From Podospora anserina (lineage: Eukaryota): a stretch of 64,000 bases of DNA. The position numbers and the translations under genes were made by a program. Location: contig CM030333.1 of NCBI GenBank assembly GCA_017654855.1, positions 3,782,001 to 3,846,000 on the forward strand. Reading direction: 5' to 3'. The notes below the pieces were generated by a model, which saw nothing but the letters and a program-made list of their open reading frames with translations, ran no database searches and had not been told where the DNA came from. Below, piece after piece: positions 1 through 11,572 of this stretch (positions are counted from its first letter, which is position 1; every line of letters starts with the position of its first letter).

Positions 1-652
1 ATACTCGTTGAACTTGAGTTCGGGAAAGTCGACGTAGGGAATGTCTTTCAACGGTGCTGTGGAAACGTTAGTAAAGGTCATTGTGTAGAAGAGAGGGTTT
101 CATACTCTTGCCCTCAACCACCAGACGAGTTACACGGACTGCAGTGTCTGTGGTCATCTGGACGGGCCCGAGACGACGGCCCTCAAAGCCCTTGGCCCGC
201 AACTCGGATGTTCTGTCTGTAACCGAGTTAGACAAGGCATTATCGATCCTTTAGCAACTGTGGCAAATACCTCTAGGGGGGTCATCACCTATTATTTTAT
301 TAGCAAGTATTTTGATGTCAAGCTTGGCTCATAACATACCAAGAATTCCTCCAAACAGGAAAACATCAAAGTTGTCCGCATCTTCAGGGGCAAGATCACT
401 CTTCCCCTGAGGGTCAAGAAGGCATACTCTAGACTTCTTGTCCGCATACAACTCCTCCACACCCCGCCTCTCAGCTGTGAACGAGGGGATGGCAGCCAAG
501 GCGTCTGGGACCTTGAACTGTGGGTGGAGAGACGAAAGGAAGAACTTGGACCCAGTCTCTTGCGACTCGCGCGCGATGGTGATATACTCGAGTTCTGACC
601 AGGGTCCAAGCTCCTCGTCCAGGTGCTCAACGATGTACGTTTTTCCGGCCAT
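1..652 (-). CDS. SFM1: SFM1-like SPOUT-class SAM-dependent methyltransferase (DUF431), 3' end outside the window
   Basis: Exons 652-340, 288-271 (18-nt micro-exon), 216-106 and 56-<1, all GT..AG. They splice to MAGKTYIVEHLD...WSELEY...FLFGGILGDDPPRDRTSELR...RRLGPVQMTTDTAVRVT...IPYVDFPEL, the hallmark motifs of the Sfm1 family. Confidence 0.9.
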
Positions 653-1579
653 AGCGCTGAAACTTGAATCAAACCCTCACAAGATGCTCAGTTAGGAGAT
701 AAAATGGTGGAAAGTACACAAGTGAAGGTCGGAAATGTGCAATTAAACGGCATCGATAATTTTTAGCTCGTGGGCGCCCGATGCCAAGAACGGAGCCGGC
801 AGATCGGCGCGCCCCACAGAAGGTCTTCCGAAGCCACCGGCGCTCCCCTGCAGCCCCGCGCCGCTATGTCCTCCCCTCCCCTCAAGACACTGTTCCAGAC
901 TGCGCAACAACGACGCTTCTTCAGTGCCCTAGCCACCGGATAGAGCCACATACCTACACCGGATACCGTTGCGCAAAGCCTCGACGAAGAGTAGCACAGG
1001 CGCCCGGGGATATTAGAGTTGCGGGCACATTATTCAGACCCGAATCCGGGAACGTGGCACAGGGAGAGCTTTGTTGGTCTTGCGCCTGGGGCCCTGCCTG
1101 TTGGACCCGGCGCGGTGAAACACGTACCTTGACTGGGCTGCCTGCCTACTATCTCGGGCAACTTTTTTACCTTATCCACGCATTGGTTCTGTCTACTCTT
1201 GCGAAATAGCTACAACCTGTCTTCTATTACCAATTATTTCAATCCCGTGGTATTCGTGTGGGACTATTACCTCCACGTTTCTTCTTACATTCCCTTGTTT
1301 GGCCTAGGTACCAGTGATAATCAGCAACGCCAAGCTCAGCTTGCAGTCGTCAGCCCGCCCCAGCCCACTGCAACCCGCCCCTGTCTTAGGACAGATCTGT
1401 CCATCCATTGGAAAAGTATCTCGACAAACCTCCATCGTCGGTTTCGCAGAGAACCTCACGTTATTTGACTGCCTTTTTTGGTCCCCGATGACCGCCGCTG
1501 CCGTCACCAGGTAGCCAGATATACAGGCTCTCTTCAACATTCGTTGCGCCGGTCTGAGGACCCTCGCGACTGGGGAATC

Positions 1580-3619
1580 ATGGCTGTTGGACGGTCCTTG
1601 GCGGGCTGGAGGCGTCTACCATCCATCGTTACCGCCGCCGCCGTCGCCCTCTCATGGACGGCGACACTAGCTGTCGCCGATGTCAAGGCGGCCGGTGACT
1701 ACTTTGTCCATTCACTTCCAGGGGCGCCGCCAGGTCCCCTGGTGAAGATGCATGCTGGGTAAGGAGTCTTGTCTCCAGTCCAAACCAGGGATGTCCTCAA
1801 CTAACATATGTGTCTGCTTGCGCGCGTTAGGCATATCGAGATAACACCCGATGTCAATGGCAACATGTTCTTCTGGCACTTCCAAAATAAACACATTGCG
1901 AACAAGCAACGAACAGTGATATGGTTGAACGGCGGCCCCGGCTGCAGCTCCGAGGACGGTGCCCTGATGGAGATTGGCCCGTATAGGTTAAAAGATAAGG
2001 ACACGCTGGTGTACAACGAAGGAGCATGGAACGAGTTCGCCAATGTCCTCTTCGTCGATAACCCTGTCGGCACGGGGTTCAGCTATGTCGACACCAACGC
2101 TTATGTACGCGAACTCGACGTTATGGCTGACCAGTTTGTTACTTTCCTGGAGAAGTGGTTCAAGCTGTTCCCCGAGTATGAACACGACGATGTAAGTTGA
2201 GCTCCTGTTTTGAGCCAGAAAATATGGCTCTAATGTGTTATTCAGATATTTATTGCTGGAGAATCCTACGCCGGCCAGTACATCCCCTACATCGCCAAGG
2301 CTATCCTTGAGCGCAACAAGAAAGGCGGCGAGTCCTCCTACAAATGGAACCTCGCCGGTCTCCTCATTGGCAACGGCTGGATTTCCCCTCCCGAACAATA
2401 CGAAGCCTACCTCCAGTTCGCCTACGAGAAGGGCATCGTCAAAAAGGGCTCCGACGCCGCCTCCAAGCTCGAAGTCCAACAGCGCATCTGCTCCAAGCAG
2501 CTGGCCGTCGGCCCCGCCCTCGTCGACAACACCGACTGCGAGAAGATCCTTCAGGACCTCCTCCAGCTAACCGCCACTAGCAAAGGCGGCGAGCAGCGTT
2601 GCGTGAACATGTACGACGTCCGGCTGACCGACACCTATCCGTCATGCGGCATGAACTGGCCTCCCGATCTCGACGCCGTAACCCCTTACCTCCGCCGCAA
2701 CGACGTAATCCAGGCCCTGCATGTGAACCCGAACAAAGTCACCGGCTGGGTGGAATGCAACGGCCAGGTCGGCGCAAACTTCAAGCCCTCTTCCAAACCC
2801 TCGGTTGAACTCCTCCCCGACCTGCTAAAAGAAGTCCCCATCATCTTGTTCTCCGGCTCGGAAGATCTAATCTGCAACCATTTGGGCACCGAAGCGCTGA
2901 TCTCCAACCTGCAATGGAACGGCGGAAAGGGCTTCGAAATCACCCCCGGCACTTGGGCCCCCAGACGTGACTGGACCTTTGAGGGCGAAGCAGCTGGCTT
3001 CTGGCAGGAGGCCCGCAACTTGACCTATGTAGTCTTTTACAACAGCAGCCACATGGTCCCGTTTGACTACCCCCGCCGCACAAGAGACATGCTAGACCGG
3101 TTCATGGGGGTGGACATCTCCTCCATCGGCGGCAAGCCCACCGACTCCCGCCTCGACGGGGAGAAAGTCCCCGAAACCACCGTCGGCGGGGTGGCCGGTA
3201 ACGGCACCGACGCGCAGCAAGCAGAGAAGGAAAAGCTCGACACGGCCAGGTGGGAAGCCTATCGCAAATCAGGGGAGATCGTCCTGGTGATTGTGGCGTT
3301 TTCGGCAGCGGGATGGGGGTGGTGGGTGTGGAGGGAGAGGAAGAAGAGGAGGGGTTACATGGGGGTGTCTGGGGGGGAGAATATCTCGCCTTCTGGGGAA
3401 GCGAGGGGGAGGGAAGGGTTTAGAGACAAGCGTTCGGCGGCGGATTTGGAAGCGGGGGATTTTGACGAGAATGAGCTGGATGATTTGCACATGAGGACGC
3501 CGACGACGGTGATGGGTGGGGAGGGGAATGATCCCAGGTATAGTGTGGGCGCGGCGAGCGAGGATAGTGAGGATGAGGAGGACGTGAAGGGGAAGGGGAA
3601 GGAGAAGATGTCGGGTTGA
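1580..3619 (+). CDS. KEX1: Pheromone-processing serine carboxypeptidase (S10 family), type I membrane protein
   Basis: Exons 1580-1758, 1831-2191 and 2246-3619. Signal peptide, [26 protein letters not shown] (catalytic Ser), DLICN (Asp), SSHMVP (His), then a C-terminal TM helix ([18 protein letters not shown]) and an acidic cytosolic tail. Confidence 0.95.
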
Positions 3620-4283
3620 GTCTAGGTCATATGGGGTTGGATGGGCAGAATCAAAGCCTTTTTGATACTACACAACAACTGGAACAACAGGAGTGAATCG
3701 GAAAGAAGGATTACAGAGAAAGGAAAGGCTGGTTGGTCGGTTGGTTTCCTGGTGTTTCAGGCGGGGGGTTTAACAAATGTCAATTTGAGCTCATCTTTGC
3801 GCACGGCCTTTACAGTTCACGTTGGCATAAACAGCACATATATATACACTATCACACTCGAAGGCATTGCTTGCAAGCGACTGAAACGTGAGAACAACGT
3901 GGGCATATATTGGTGGCTGTCGCCAACCTGGATAGAAACTATCAATCAAGCATATTTGTGTTTCTATCTGGAGCTTATTCTCCCGCTAAAGTGCTTCAGT
4001 TCAGACATGTGCCTTCAGAGGTCTTGCCATATTCCAGCTGTTGCTGTCCCACAGTTTACAATGCCCGTCCGCTGCATCCTTTTAAGACGCCCAGTCAAGC
4101 CTGGGATTAAACCCGCCTAATAAATGTCCCAGAGTAGTTTGATGGCCTTGTGGCCGAAGCGATGTCTTCGCTCGCCAACCCTTGGTCTTACAGACGGGAT
4201 ATTGAACTGCGCTGTTGGGTAGGCTTTGTTTATCGTTGTTGGTTGGGGTATCATTCTTGTCATTATCGCCTTCTTCAACTCGT

Positions 4284-5378
4284 TCAAATCTGAGCAGTGT
4301 TGTTGAGAATCTTGACTTGTTCGCCGGGCTTGAAGGCAGGGAGGCCAATATAGGGGCAGTCTGCGCATCTGAAAGCGTCACCGAGGTAACAGCTATTGCA
4401 GGAGCCAGTCTTGCCCTGGACGGTAAAGTCAAGTTCGCTGAGATCCTCAGACTTGAGCTTCAAGGTGGCAAGACCCTTCTCGGCCTTCTCACGACGGGCC
4501 TTGTCTTCGGCGGCTATTCTCTCGGCGAGACCACACGTGCTAGCAGATGTTAGTTTATTGTGCTTCGTATTGATGTTGAAGAAATGAGAAACATACCAGT
4601 CTTTGCAGGCTCTCCTCTTTTTGCCCGGCTGAGGCGCACACTCAGGAGGCTGCTGAATGGGACGCTTCAGATCCGCCTCAGTCAAAAGAGTGTCCTCATC
4701 AATGACATCGTCGTCGTCCTCGGCATCAAGATCCAAGTCATCACTGAAATCGATGAAACCAACCCCAGCAGGACCCTTGGATACTGGTGCTGGTGCCGGT
4801 GCCGGCGCTGGGGCAGCAGCAGCCTTCTTGCCAAAGCTGAGAGGGACACTCCCATCAGCGTTCACCTTCTTCGCCCCAAACCGCAGAGGTACAACCTCCT
4901 GCTCGGCATAATCAGGCTTAGTATATCCATCATCCCCCAACACCAACCCCGCCAGAATCGCCTCCTTCTCCTCTATCGAGTTGCCCTGTCCCAAGCTGCC
5001 GTCCTCGCTCCTCAAGGTACCACCAGCCTTGAGTGCCGGTACAACCTTGCCCCAGATCTCCCTGTTGGACAAGAGAGGGGACACCTCGCTGCGGCGGCTT
5101 CCGTCGGGGTCGGTCAGGACGAGGATAAGGTCGTAGGTCTTGGCGGGGAGGCTGACTAATCCAGCAGCGAGACGGTCGAGCATCTGCAAATCGGTGGACG
5201 ACCGATCATAGACGGAGAACAAGGAGGTGAGGCGGTCCTCGCGGGATGCGATCGACGGGGGCGCAAGCAGGAGGGTTCGCTCGCCAGAATCGCCCTTTGC
5301 GCTGGCAGCCGCCGCAGCGTGCGCGGGGCTGAAATCAAAGTCGGGAGTTGTGTCGATCATGACGGCGGCTGGAGGCAT
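4284..5378 (-). CDS. DRE2: Fe-S cluster assembly protein Dre2/anamorsin
   Basis: Exons 5378-4597 and 4539-4284 (57-nt intron). N-terminal methyltransferase-like domain, acidic linker, C-x10-C-x2-C-x-C ([19 protein letters not shown]) and [27 protein letters not shown]. Confidence 0.96.
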   Translation of the reverse strand: MPPAAVMIDTTPDFDFSPAHAAAAASAKGDSGERTLLLAPPSIASREDRLTSLFSVYDRSSTDLQMLDRLAAGLVSLPAKTYDLILVLTDPDGSRRSEVSPLLSNREIWGKVVPALKAGGTLRSEDGSLGQGNSIEEKEAILAGLVLGDDGYTKPDYAEQEVVPLRFGAKKVNADGSVPLSFGKKAAAAPAPAPAPAPVSKGPAGVGFIDFSDDLDLDAEDDDDVIDEDTLLTEADLKRPIQQPPECAPQPGKKRRACKDWYVSHFFNINTKHNKLTSASTCGLAERIAAEDKARREKAEKGLATLKLKSEDLSELDFTVQGKTGSCNSCYLGDAFRCADCPYIGLPAFKPGEQVKILNNTAQI

Positions 5379-5683
5379 CTCGCCGGGGTTTTCTTGGTTT
5401 CTGGAATGAAAAGAGGCTGCTCCGAGAAATGAAACAAAGTAGAACCCAGGAATAAGGAAGCAAAAAATGATTGCGGATCGTGCCTGATTTGTATTGTTAA
5501 TTCTGTCGTGGGGGCGGCAGGAGGTCGAGGCAGTGGATGGAGGGGCAGTTTAAGGATGCACAATTCTCTTGACCAATAATATTGAAGCTTATAAAGCGTT
5601 GCCACTAATACATTGTGTGGACAGTGCAAAAGATTAGATCTTGCACGCCATGTGGCATGATATTCGGCGGTTACCACACAGTG

Positions 5684-5690
5684 TGACTCA
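5684..5690. promoter_or_regulatory. Perfect TGACTCA (Gcn4/CPC-1, AP-1-type) site upstream of DRE2
   Basis: TGACTCA about 305 bp upstream of the DRE2 ATG. It is a single 7-mer, so function is unproven. Confidence 0.3.
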
Positions 5691-6452
5691 CGGCTGATTA
5701 CAGTGGGTTTTCTGATTCTCCCGTTCCCGCGGAGGGGGACTTGGAGATATCGTCATCAATGTGGGAGCCGATTTCGGCCATTTGGGGTATCTAGTATCGA
5801 TAAGAATTACGAATGTGCACACTAGTATAGGTAAACTTTACTTCATCAGAGGCTGTCTGTGACGGTCCTGGCAGGAAGGAAGTTAAAGTCGATGTGAGAT
5901 GTCAGCCGGCACTGGTCAGGCCCGCCCCGCAATCAACCTTGGAAGCGCCGTCAGATCCGGTGAATTCAGGGACCGATGTTTGGAAGTGAGGTGGAAACAG
6001 TTCCGCGTTACTTTGTGGATATCCGGTCTGTCACAGCCTGACCTGCTGGTGACGGGACTTTCGGAGAAATGCGGTCGTCTGGTTCGCTTTCCATGGATTT
6101 CGAGAGTCTGGACCGTTGCAGCTGGCTCAGCTGGGGCGTGTCTAATCGAGTCATGGAGTGACACCTCACAGCCGTTTGACTGGCAGACCTGGGGGGACGA
6201 ATTGGATGACGAGATTGGCTGAGTCCAGCTGGCCTGATCATGTCGTTGCAGCTCTCCAAAGATGACAGCTTCCAACAATTTCCAATTCCGGTCTATCGAC
6301 CAAACAGAATTGCATGTTTGTTTCACGTATCAAGGGTTCTGGAGGAGGAGAGAAGCTTCCAGCCGGCATTGGGACCTGTCATTGAATTCCGGCGGGCACC
6401 CGTCAATCAGATGGACTAGCCGTTTATGGTATGGCTTTCCCCGCATTTTGTA

Positions 6453-7746
6453 CTGTGGTTACGTACAAAAGTTTTGCCCCCTTGTCAAGTACCGCCCAGG
6501 GCCTTGTTTTTTTGGCTAGGCCAACTTCGGCCAAAATTCTACCGCAATTTCCTCCAGACCAGTATTTTCCACCTTTCAACACCACTTAGCCAGCCAGCCA
6601 GCACCACAATGGCTCCCAATCGCCACCTTACTACTGAAGAGCGTCAACGAATTCGTACCCTTTATTTCGACGGCCACCTTAGCCAACCCCGAATTCAAGA
6701 AACCACTGGTTATACGAAATACCAAATCCGCCATGCGATACGAGCCCCGGCGGCCGAGGTCGCCCCACGATCTGGCCGACCACGCGTTATTACGGCCGAT
6801 CAAGAGCTCGAGCTTATTCGGTATGTGTGTGAATCAAAGGCACACCGTCGGATGAGCTTCCTGGAGCTTTCTATTGCCCTTTTCAACTCCCTTCTTAACT
6901 GGATTACGATTCGCAACGCCCTTTACCGCCACGGATTTCGCCGTCGAGTTGCTCGGAAGAAGCCTCCTATTTCAGAAGCCAACCAGCAAAAGCGACTGGC
7001 CTGGGCTATAGAACATAAAGACTGGACTCTCGAACAATGGCGTACAATCCTTTGGAGTGACGAAACCTGGGTAGTTGGTGGTCCTCACCGTAAGCAGTAT
7101 GTTACACGCCGAATCGACGAGGAATGGGACCCTACTTGTATCGTTGAAAAGCACCAGAGAAAAGGAGGGTGGATGTTCTGGGGCTGCTTTTACGGCTCAA
7201 CTAAAGGCCCTGGTATCTTCTGGGAAAAGGAATGGGGATCGATCAATGAGTATTCTTACCGAAAGAATATCCTTCCTAACGTCCACGAATTTATTAACGA
7301 TACCTTCGAGCAACACCATTTACAGCTTTCTTTTATGCAGGACGGCGCACCTGGCCATCGAGCGGCCGGTACGAAGAAGGATCTTGAGAATAGGAAGATT
7401 AGAGTAGTTGATTGGCCTCCTTTTTCCCCAGATTTAAACCCTATTGAATCCTGTTGGAATTGGATGAAGGATTATATTGAGGATAAATACGGCCTTGAGG
7501 AGAAGCCGTCGTACGCGAAGTTGAAGAGGTACGTGGAGGAGGCCTGGCAAGAGCTTCCGGAATCTTACCTTCAAACGCTGTTGGATTCGATGCCCAGTCG
7601 GTGTGAGGCAGTAATTGCAGCGAATGGTATGCATACAAAATACTAGCTATAGATATGGTGATTATTTTGTAGAATACAATCGTCAGGGTGGACCTTGACT
7701 AGCGCGAGTACTTGACAAGAAGGCAAAACTTACCCCTGCACCACAG
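6453..7746 (+). mobile_element. Full-length Tc1/mariner (impala-like, DD34E) DNA transposon, 1,294 bp
   Basis: TA at 6451-6452 and at 7747-7748 (target-site duplication). Left end CTGTGGTTACGTACAAAAGTTTTGCCCCCTTGTCAAGTAC; right end (reverse complement) CTGTGGTGCAGGGGTAAGTTTTGCCTTCTTGTCAAGTAC. A single transposase ORF lies inside. Confidence 0.95.
6609..7646 (+). CDS. Tc1-family DD34E transposase, 345 aa, uninterrupted
   Basis: CACA-ATG start (MAPNRHLT...). HTH region, RSGRPR linker, WSDETW, MQDGAPGH and WPPFSPDLNPIE, with 34 residues between the second D and the E. Confidence 0.96.
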   Translation: MAPNRHLTTEERQRIRTLYFDGHLSQPRIQETTGYTKYQIRHAIRAPAAEVAPRSGRPRVITADQELELIRYVCESKAHRRMSFLELSIALFNSLLNWITIRNALYRHGFRRRVARKKPPISEANQQKRLAWAIEHKDWTLEQWRTILWSDETWVVGGPHRKQYVTRRIDEEWDPTCIVEKHQRKGGWMFWGCFYGSTKGPGIFWEKEWGSINEYSYRKNILPNVHEFINDTFEQHHLQLSFMQDGAPGHRAAGTKKDLENRKIRVVDWPPFSPDLNPIESCWNWMKDYIEDKYGLEEKPSYAKLKRYVEEAWQELPESYLQTLLDSMPSRCEAVIAANGMHTKY

Positions 7747-8607
7747 TACCAGCACAGGAGAGCACAGGGGATCGCTGAGACCTTCAAATGTGGGGACCTG
7801 ACATCACAAACGTACCCTCATTGAGCACTTCACACCTCGACACCTCACAAAGAAAAGGTGAGCAAGAATAGCAGGAATAGCCTGTGTCAATTGGGAATGC
7901 AAATCCCACTATGGCTAAATGGAACGAACACCAGCCACTAGACAGCCGGGGCCCAAGACTTTGCAGAATGGCGAGCAAATCACGTAATGGCTGCTGTCCA
8001 AAGTCAGCCCAGACTCATGGCCTCTTACATGCTAATCACGCGACTCCCATACAGCGCCTCGTAGACTCCCCACCACGCACCGTACCGCGTTGCCCCCTGT
8101 TCTTTCCCTTTGAGGATGCTCGCCTGATCAATGCGAGCCGTGACTGGCTGCTCCTTTTCCTTCCACAGCTTCCCAACCACTGACCTCTCCGGACCTCTGT
8201 CGGGCCTTTAAAGTCAAGAGCTCCCATCCCTCTCCTCGACACCCCGTTTCTTTCATCCAGCATTCAGACATTAATTCATCCATTGATCATCCACCATCTC
8301 GGATACCATCATCCAACCCATCTCAACATCAACTGATAACCTTGCTCGACTCACTCGAGACTCGCCCCTGAACTGGTACACCAGCTTTAGTGACATCACA
8401 GCTCCTCACAGAGTATGTATCGCCAGCCCGTCTCCTGCAGCACAGCTCCCCTTACCCGAGCTTATCACTCTCAACCCCGCATCTCTTTGTGTGACGCTGA
8501 CCCTCTGATCGTCAGAGAACAACCTCTCCACCCAACAAGTCCAATTATCTTCGAACAACTTCACTCTAGTACTCTCTACCTTTACACATCCATCACACAT
8601 CATCAAG

Positions 8608-9124
8608 AGTAAGCTTCATCACTGGCATTGACTCTAGGATCAATAGCATCAACCATTGACAACCCTTCCTGCAGTGACTCGCTCCCACAAGTTCAATGAC
8701 AAGGACCACAGCATGGTGGCCCCCGTCACGGGTCACACCCAGCAACAAGTACCCAAGTTCTTTGGCAAGCATGGCTTTGCCGATGCCGACCCCAAGAAGA
8801 CCAAGAAGAACGGCGGTGGTAAGGGCAATTGGTATGTCTTATTTCACCCTACCTCCTCTTACAGCTTAGAATATCACTAACACCAATTCTTTCAGGGGCC
8901 CTGTTGGCTTAGAAGCCGAGGATGAAGAGTTCAACTTTGTCCACACCCGCCGCCGCTCCAACAGCAGCAGCGTCTCCAGTCACCCCGAGCACTTCAAGTC
9001 CAAGTTCGAGATCAACGAGCCTGAGCCTGTGTTTGAGGAGGACATCCATGGAGCCATGGAGGAGGAGGAGGAGAAGGACAGCAGCCAGTCCAGCACCTCG
9101 AGCAGCAAGCCCGAGGACATGTAA
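8608..9124 (+). CDS. STF2/TMA10-like small hydrophilic protein (HABP4/Stf2 family)
   Basis: The ATG is split: A at 8608, intron 8609-8674, then TG at 8675-8676. A second intron spans 8832-8895. Product MTRSHKFNDKDH...PKFFGKHGFADADPKKTKKNGGGKGNWG...FNFVHTRRRSNS...SKPEDM*. Confidence 0.85.
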
Positions 9125-9505
9125 GATCACACAGGGGAAGATCATTCATGACGCGTGAGGACAGTCACCCGCGAATTCTTGCGTGCGGGAATCCATGCTT
9201 TTTGTTCAGCATGGCGGAAGGTTCGTTGATACCCTTTAGAGGTCTGATATTTAGATCTGGCGGGGAGGATGCTTGCCTTCTATCTGGCTACCACACCTTT
9301 CTCATCTCCAACGAAGGCGGCTGGGATAGCTGCGCTGTACTAGTATTTATTTATTCAATTGATTTCTAAGAGTCTTTGAGATTTGTATTCTGACTCCTGG
9401 TGCCTGATATGATGACGTAGTCGTTTCGAGAAAAGATAAACCCAGATTGTTTGCACGTAGCTCATTGTCGTTCATTGGTTCAAATGATAAATACAGGGAA
9501 CAGAA

Positions 9506-11209
9506 TCAGTAACTGTATATCCTCCTCACCATCGCTCTGTTCATCCTTCTCTTGGTCTCTTCATCCACCTCAGCATCCTCTTCCGGTCGTCTTGTAGCAG
9601 GCTGCAACGCCTTGCCAATCGGCTCCTCATCAAAGTGCATGCCTCTGTAGTCCGTCACCGTTCGTCCCAACTGCGCAGCCACATTCGCGGCTGGTCTCGT
9701 TGGCTTCCCATCCACTGTCATTTTCCCTATTCTCAACAACCCCTTCCCGCCACGAATAGGATCACGAAGATAGATCGATCCTGTCTCCGAATCGGGAAAA
9801 TACGCCGTCTGGATAGACAGACGCCACTCCTTTTTCCTTTTGGGTTGTTGTTGACCCCCATCTACTCCCGCAGCAGCATCAACGGATGAAGTTTCTCCCC
9901 TCTCCAGCGCAACAACCCGCTCAAACATCTCCAACGACTCTGGCTGCGGGGGGTACCACTCCGGCACTTGCTGCTCGTCGTCCCCGATCTGAAGCCACTC
10001 CAGAACAGGGACTTGCTCCTCCGCCCAGGGGTCTTCTTTGCACCTTTCCAGCGCGGAGGCCACCTCGTTTGCGACGGCGGGTGGGAGGTCGGGGGAGGTG
10101 AGGTCGAGGATGTAGGAGATGTCGTCGCAGACGACGCGTTTATTCTGTTCTTTTTTTGGGGTGCGGACGACGAGTTTGGACCATAAGGGGCCGAGGATGT
10201 GGTGTTGGTGGGCGATGTCTTCTAGATGGGGGGCGGAGGAGGGGAGGTTGGTAGAGAGGGTTGAGATGGAGGGGGTGAGCCAGGGAATTTGTCTGGCTAC
10301 TGTGCGGATTTTGGGGGCGTGTCGGATGGGATAGGGGGGTTGCCAGGAGACGTCTTTGTGGGGTGGGAGGTGGAAACCGGATGAGAGGGAGGAGACGAGC
10401 ATGGAGGCGCCGAGGGGGGCGAGGAGTGAGGTGAGGGAGGTAAGGGTTGAGTTGGGCGGGATGGGGATACCCGGGAGGGGGGTTTGGGATAGGACGGTGC
10501 CGGTGTCGAAGGAGTGGGGGGAGAGGGTCTGGATGGAGACGCCGGTGTGGGTGTAGCGGTTTAGGAGGGCGTAGTGGAGGGGAGCAGGACCGCGGAGGCT
10601 GGGGAGGGGGGTTAGTAAGGGGTGGTTAAAGCGTAAGGGTGAGGGTGACATACTCGGGTAAGAGGGAAGGGTGGACGTTGAGACCGCCGTATTCTGCTTG
10701 GTTTAGGAGCCGTGGTGGGACAAAACGGCCGAATGAGACAGCGATGATGAGGTTGATGCATTTCTTCATCTATTCAAGCGGAATGATGGTTAGCTTTGAG
10801 ATGTAGCAAGCTCAAACAGGGGCACTTACAAACCAATTTGTGAAAGTGTCGTGTGGTAACGTTGATAGAGGAAGACCAAGTTCCCTGGCTACTGATGCTA
10901 TTGGGACTGCATATTTTTTAATTATATGACAGGTCTTCAAAAGTCATCAGGTCAGGACATACCTTCAGTCACTTGCTTCAATCCTCTCCCGGTGGGCTTC
11001 GATGGCCGAACCAGCACATCAATAGACTCGATAAGACTTGGATCATCTTTGTGCTTCTTGTGAAGAGCTTTTAGCGAGTGACAACTGAACTCATCTGAGC
11101 CACAAAACAAGATTCGTAATGGATTGCCGCGTTGTGTACTGTATGTTGCAATGCTCAGTGGTCTTGCAACAGACCGTCGAAGTGGTCGTGAAGATGCCAA
11201 CCACAGCAT
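9506..11209 (-). CDS. FMT1: Mitochondrial methionyl-tRNA formyltransferase
   Basis: Exons 11209-10963, 10906-10830, 10769-10654 and 10598-9506. Mitochondrial-type presequence, LRILFCGSDEFS, KPTGRGLK, LIIAVSFGRFVP, NVHPSLLPDLRGPAPL and FDTGTVL. Confidence 0.92.
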
Positions 11210-11344
11210 TGTGGTGGATTTCGCTGTTTCAACAGTAAACTTATTCAAAATTCAGAGCCTCGAATATGCAGATCTCTTATTGATTGGCGGAAATATGTGT
11301 AAGCGATAACAGGTCTTGAACGACAAGTGGAAGCTGTACCTGTT

Positions 11345-11364
11345 GTGAGTGAGTGAGTGAGTGA
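11345..11364. repeat. (GTGA)5 microsatellite in the FMT1/PAC1 divergent promoter
   Basis: gtgagtgagtgagtgagtga read directly. Confidence 0.85.
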
Positions 11365-11572
11365 GAATGCTTTAAGTGAGAGATCAAAATGAGTGGGCCA
11401 CGAACTTTGAGAGCTCTGCCCCCTGCAAGCCCGGACCCTGCTGATCCACCCTTGGCATTCCATCCCCCTGGAGCTTCCTTGTGCCAGCTCAAAAGATACG
11501 GTCAACATCACCAAAGTGAAACACCCGCCATGTTTGTTTCTTATCTGCTTGTACATTTTTATAGCTATGACC

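Noticed and set aside
6426-6608. 61-aa N-terminal extension of the transposase ORF in the ORF track
   Set aside because: It starts outside the element (the TIR begins at 6453). The ATG at 6609 has a good context and gives a typical Tc1 length.
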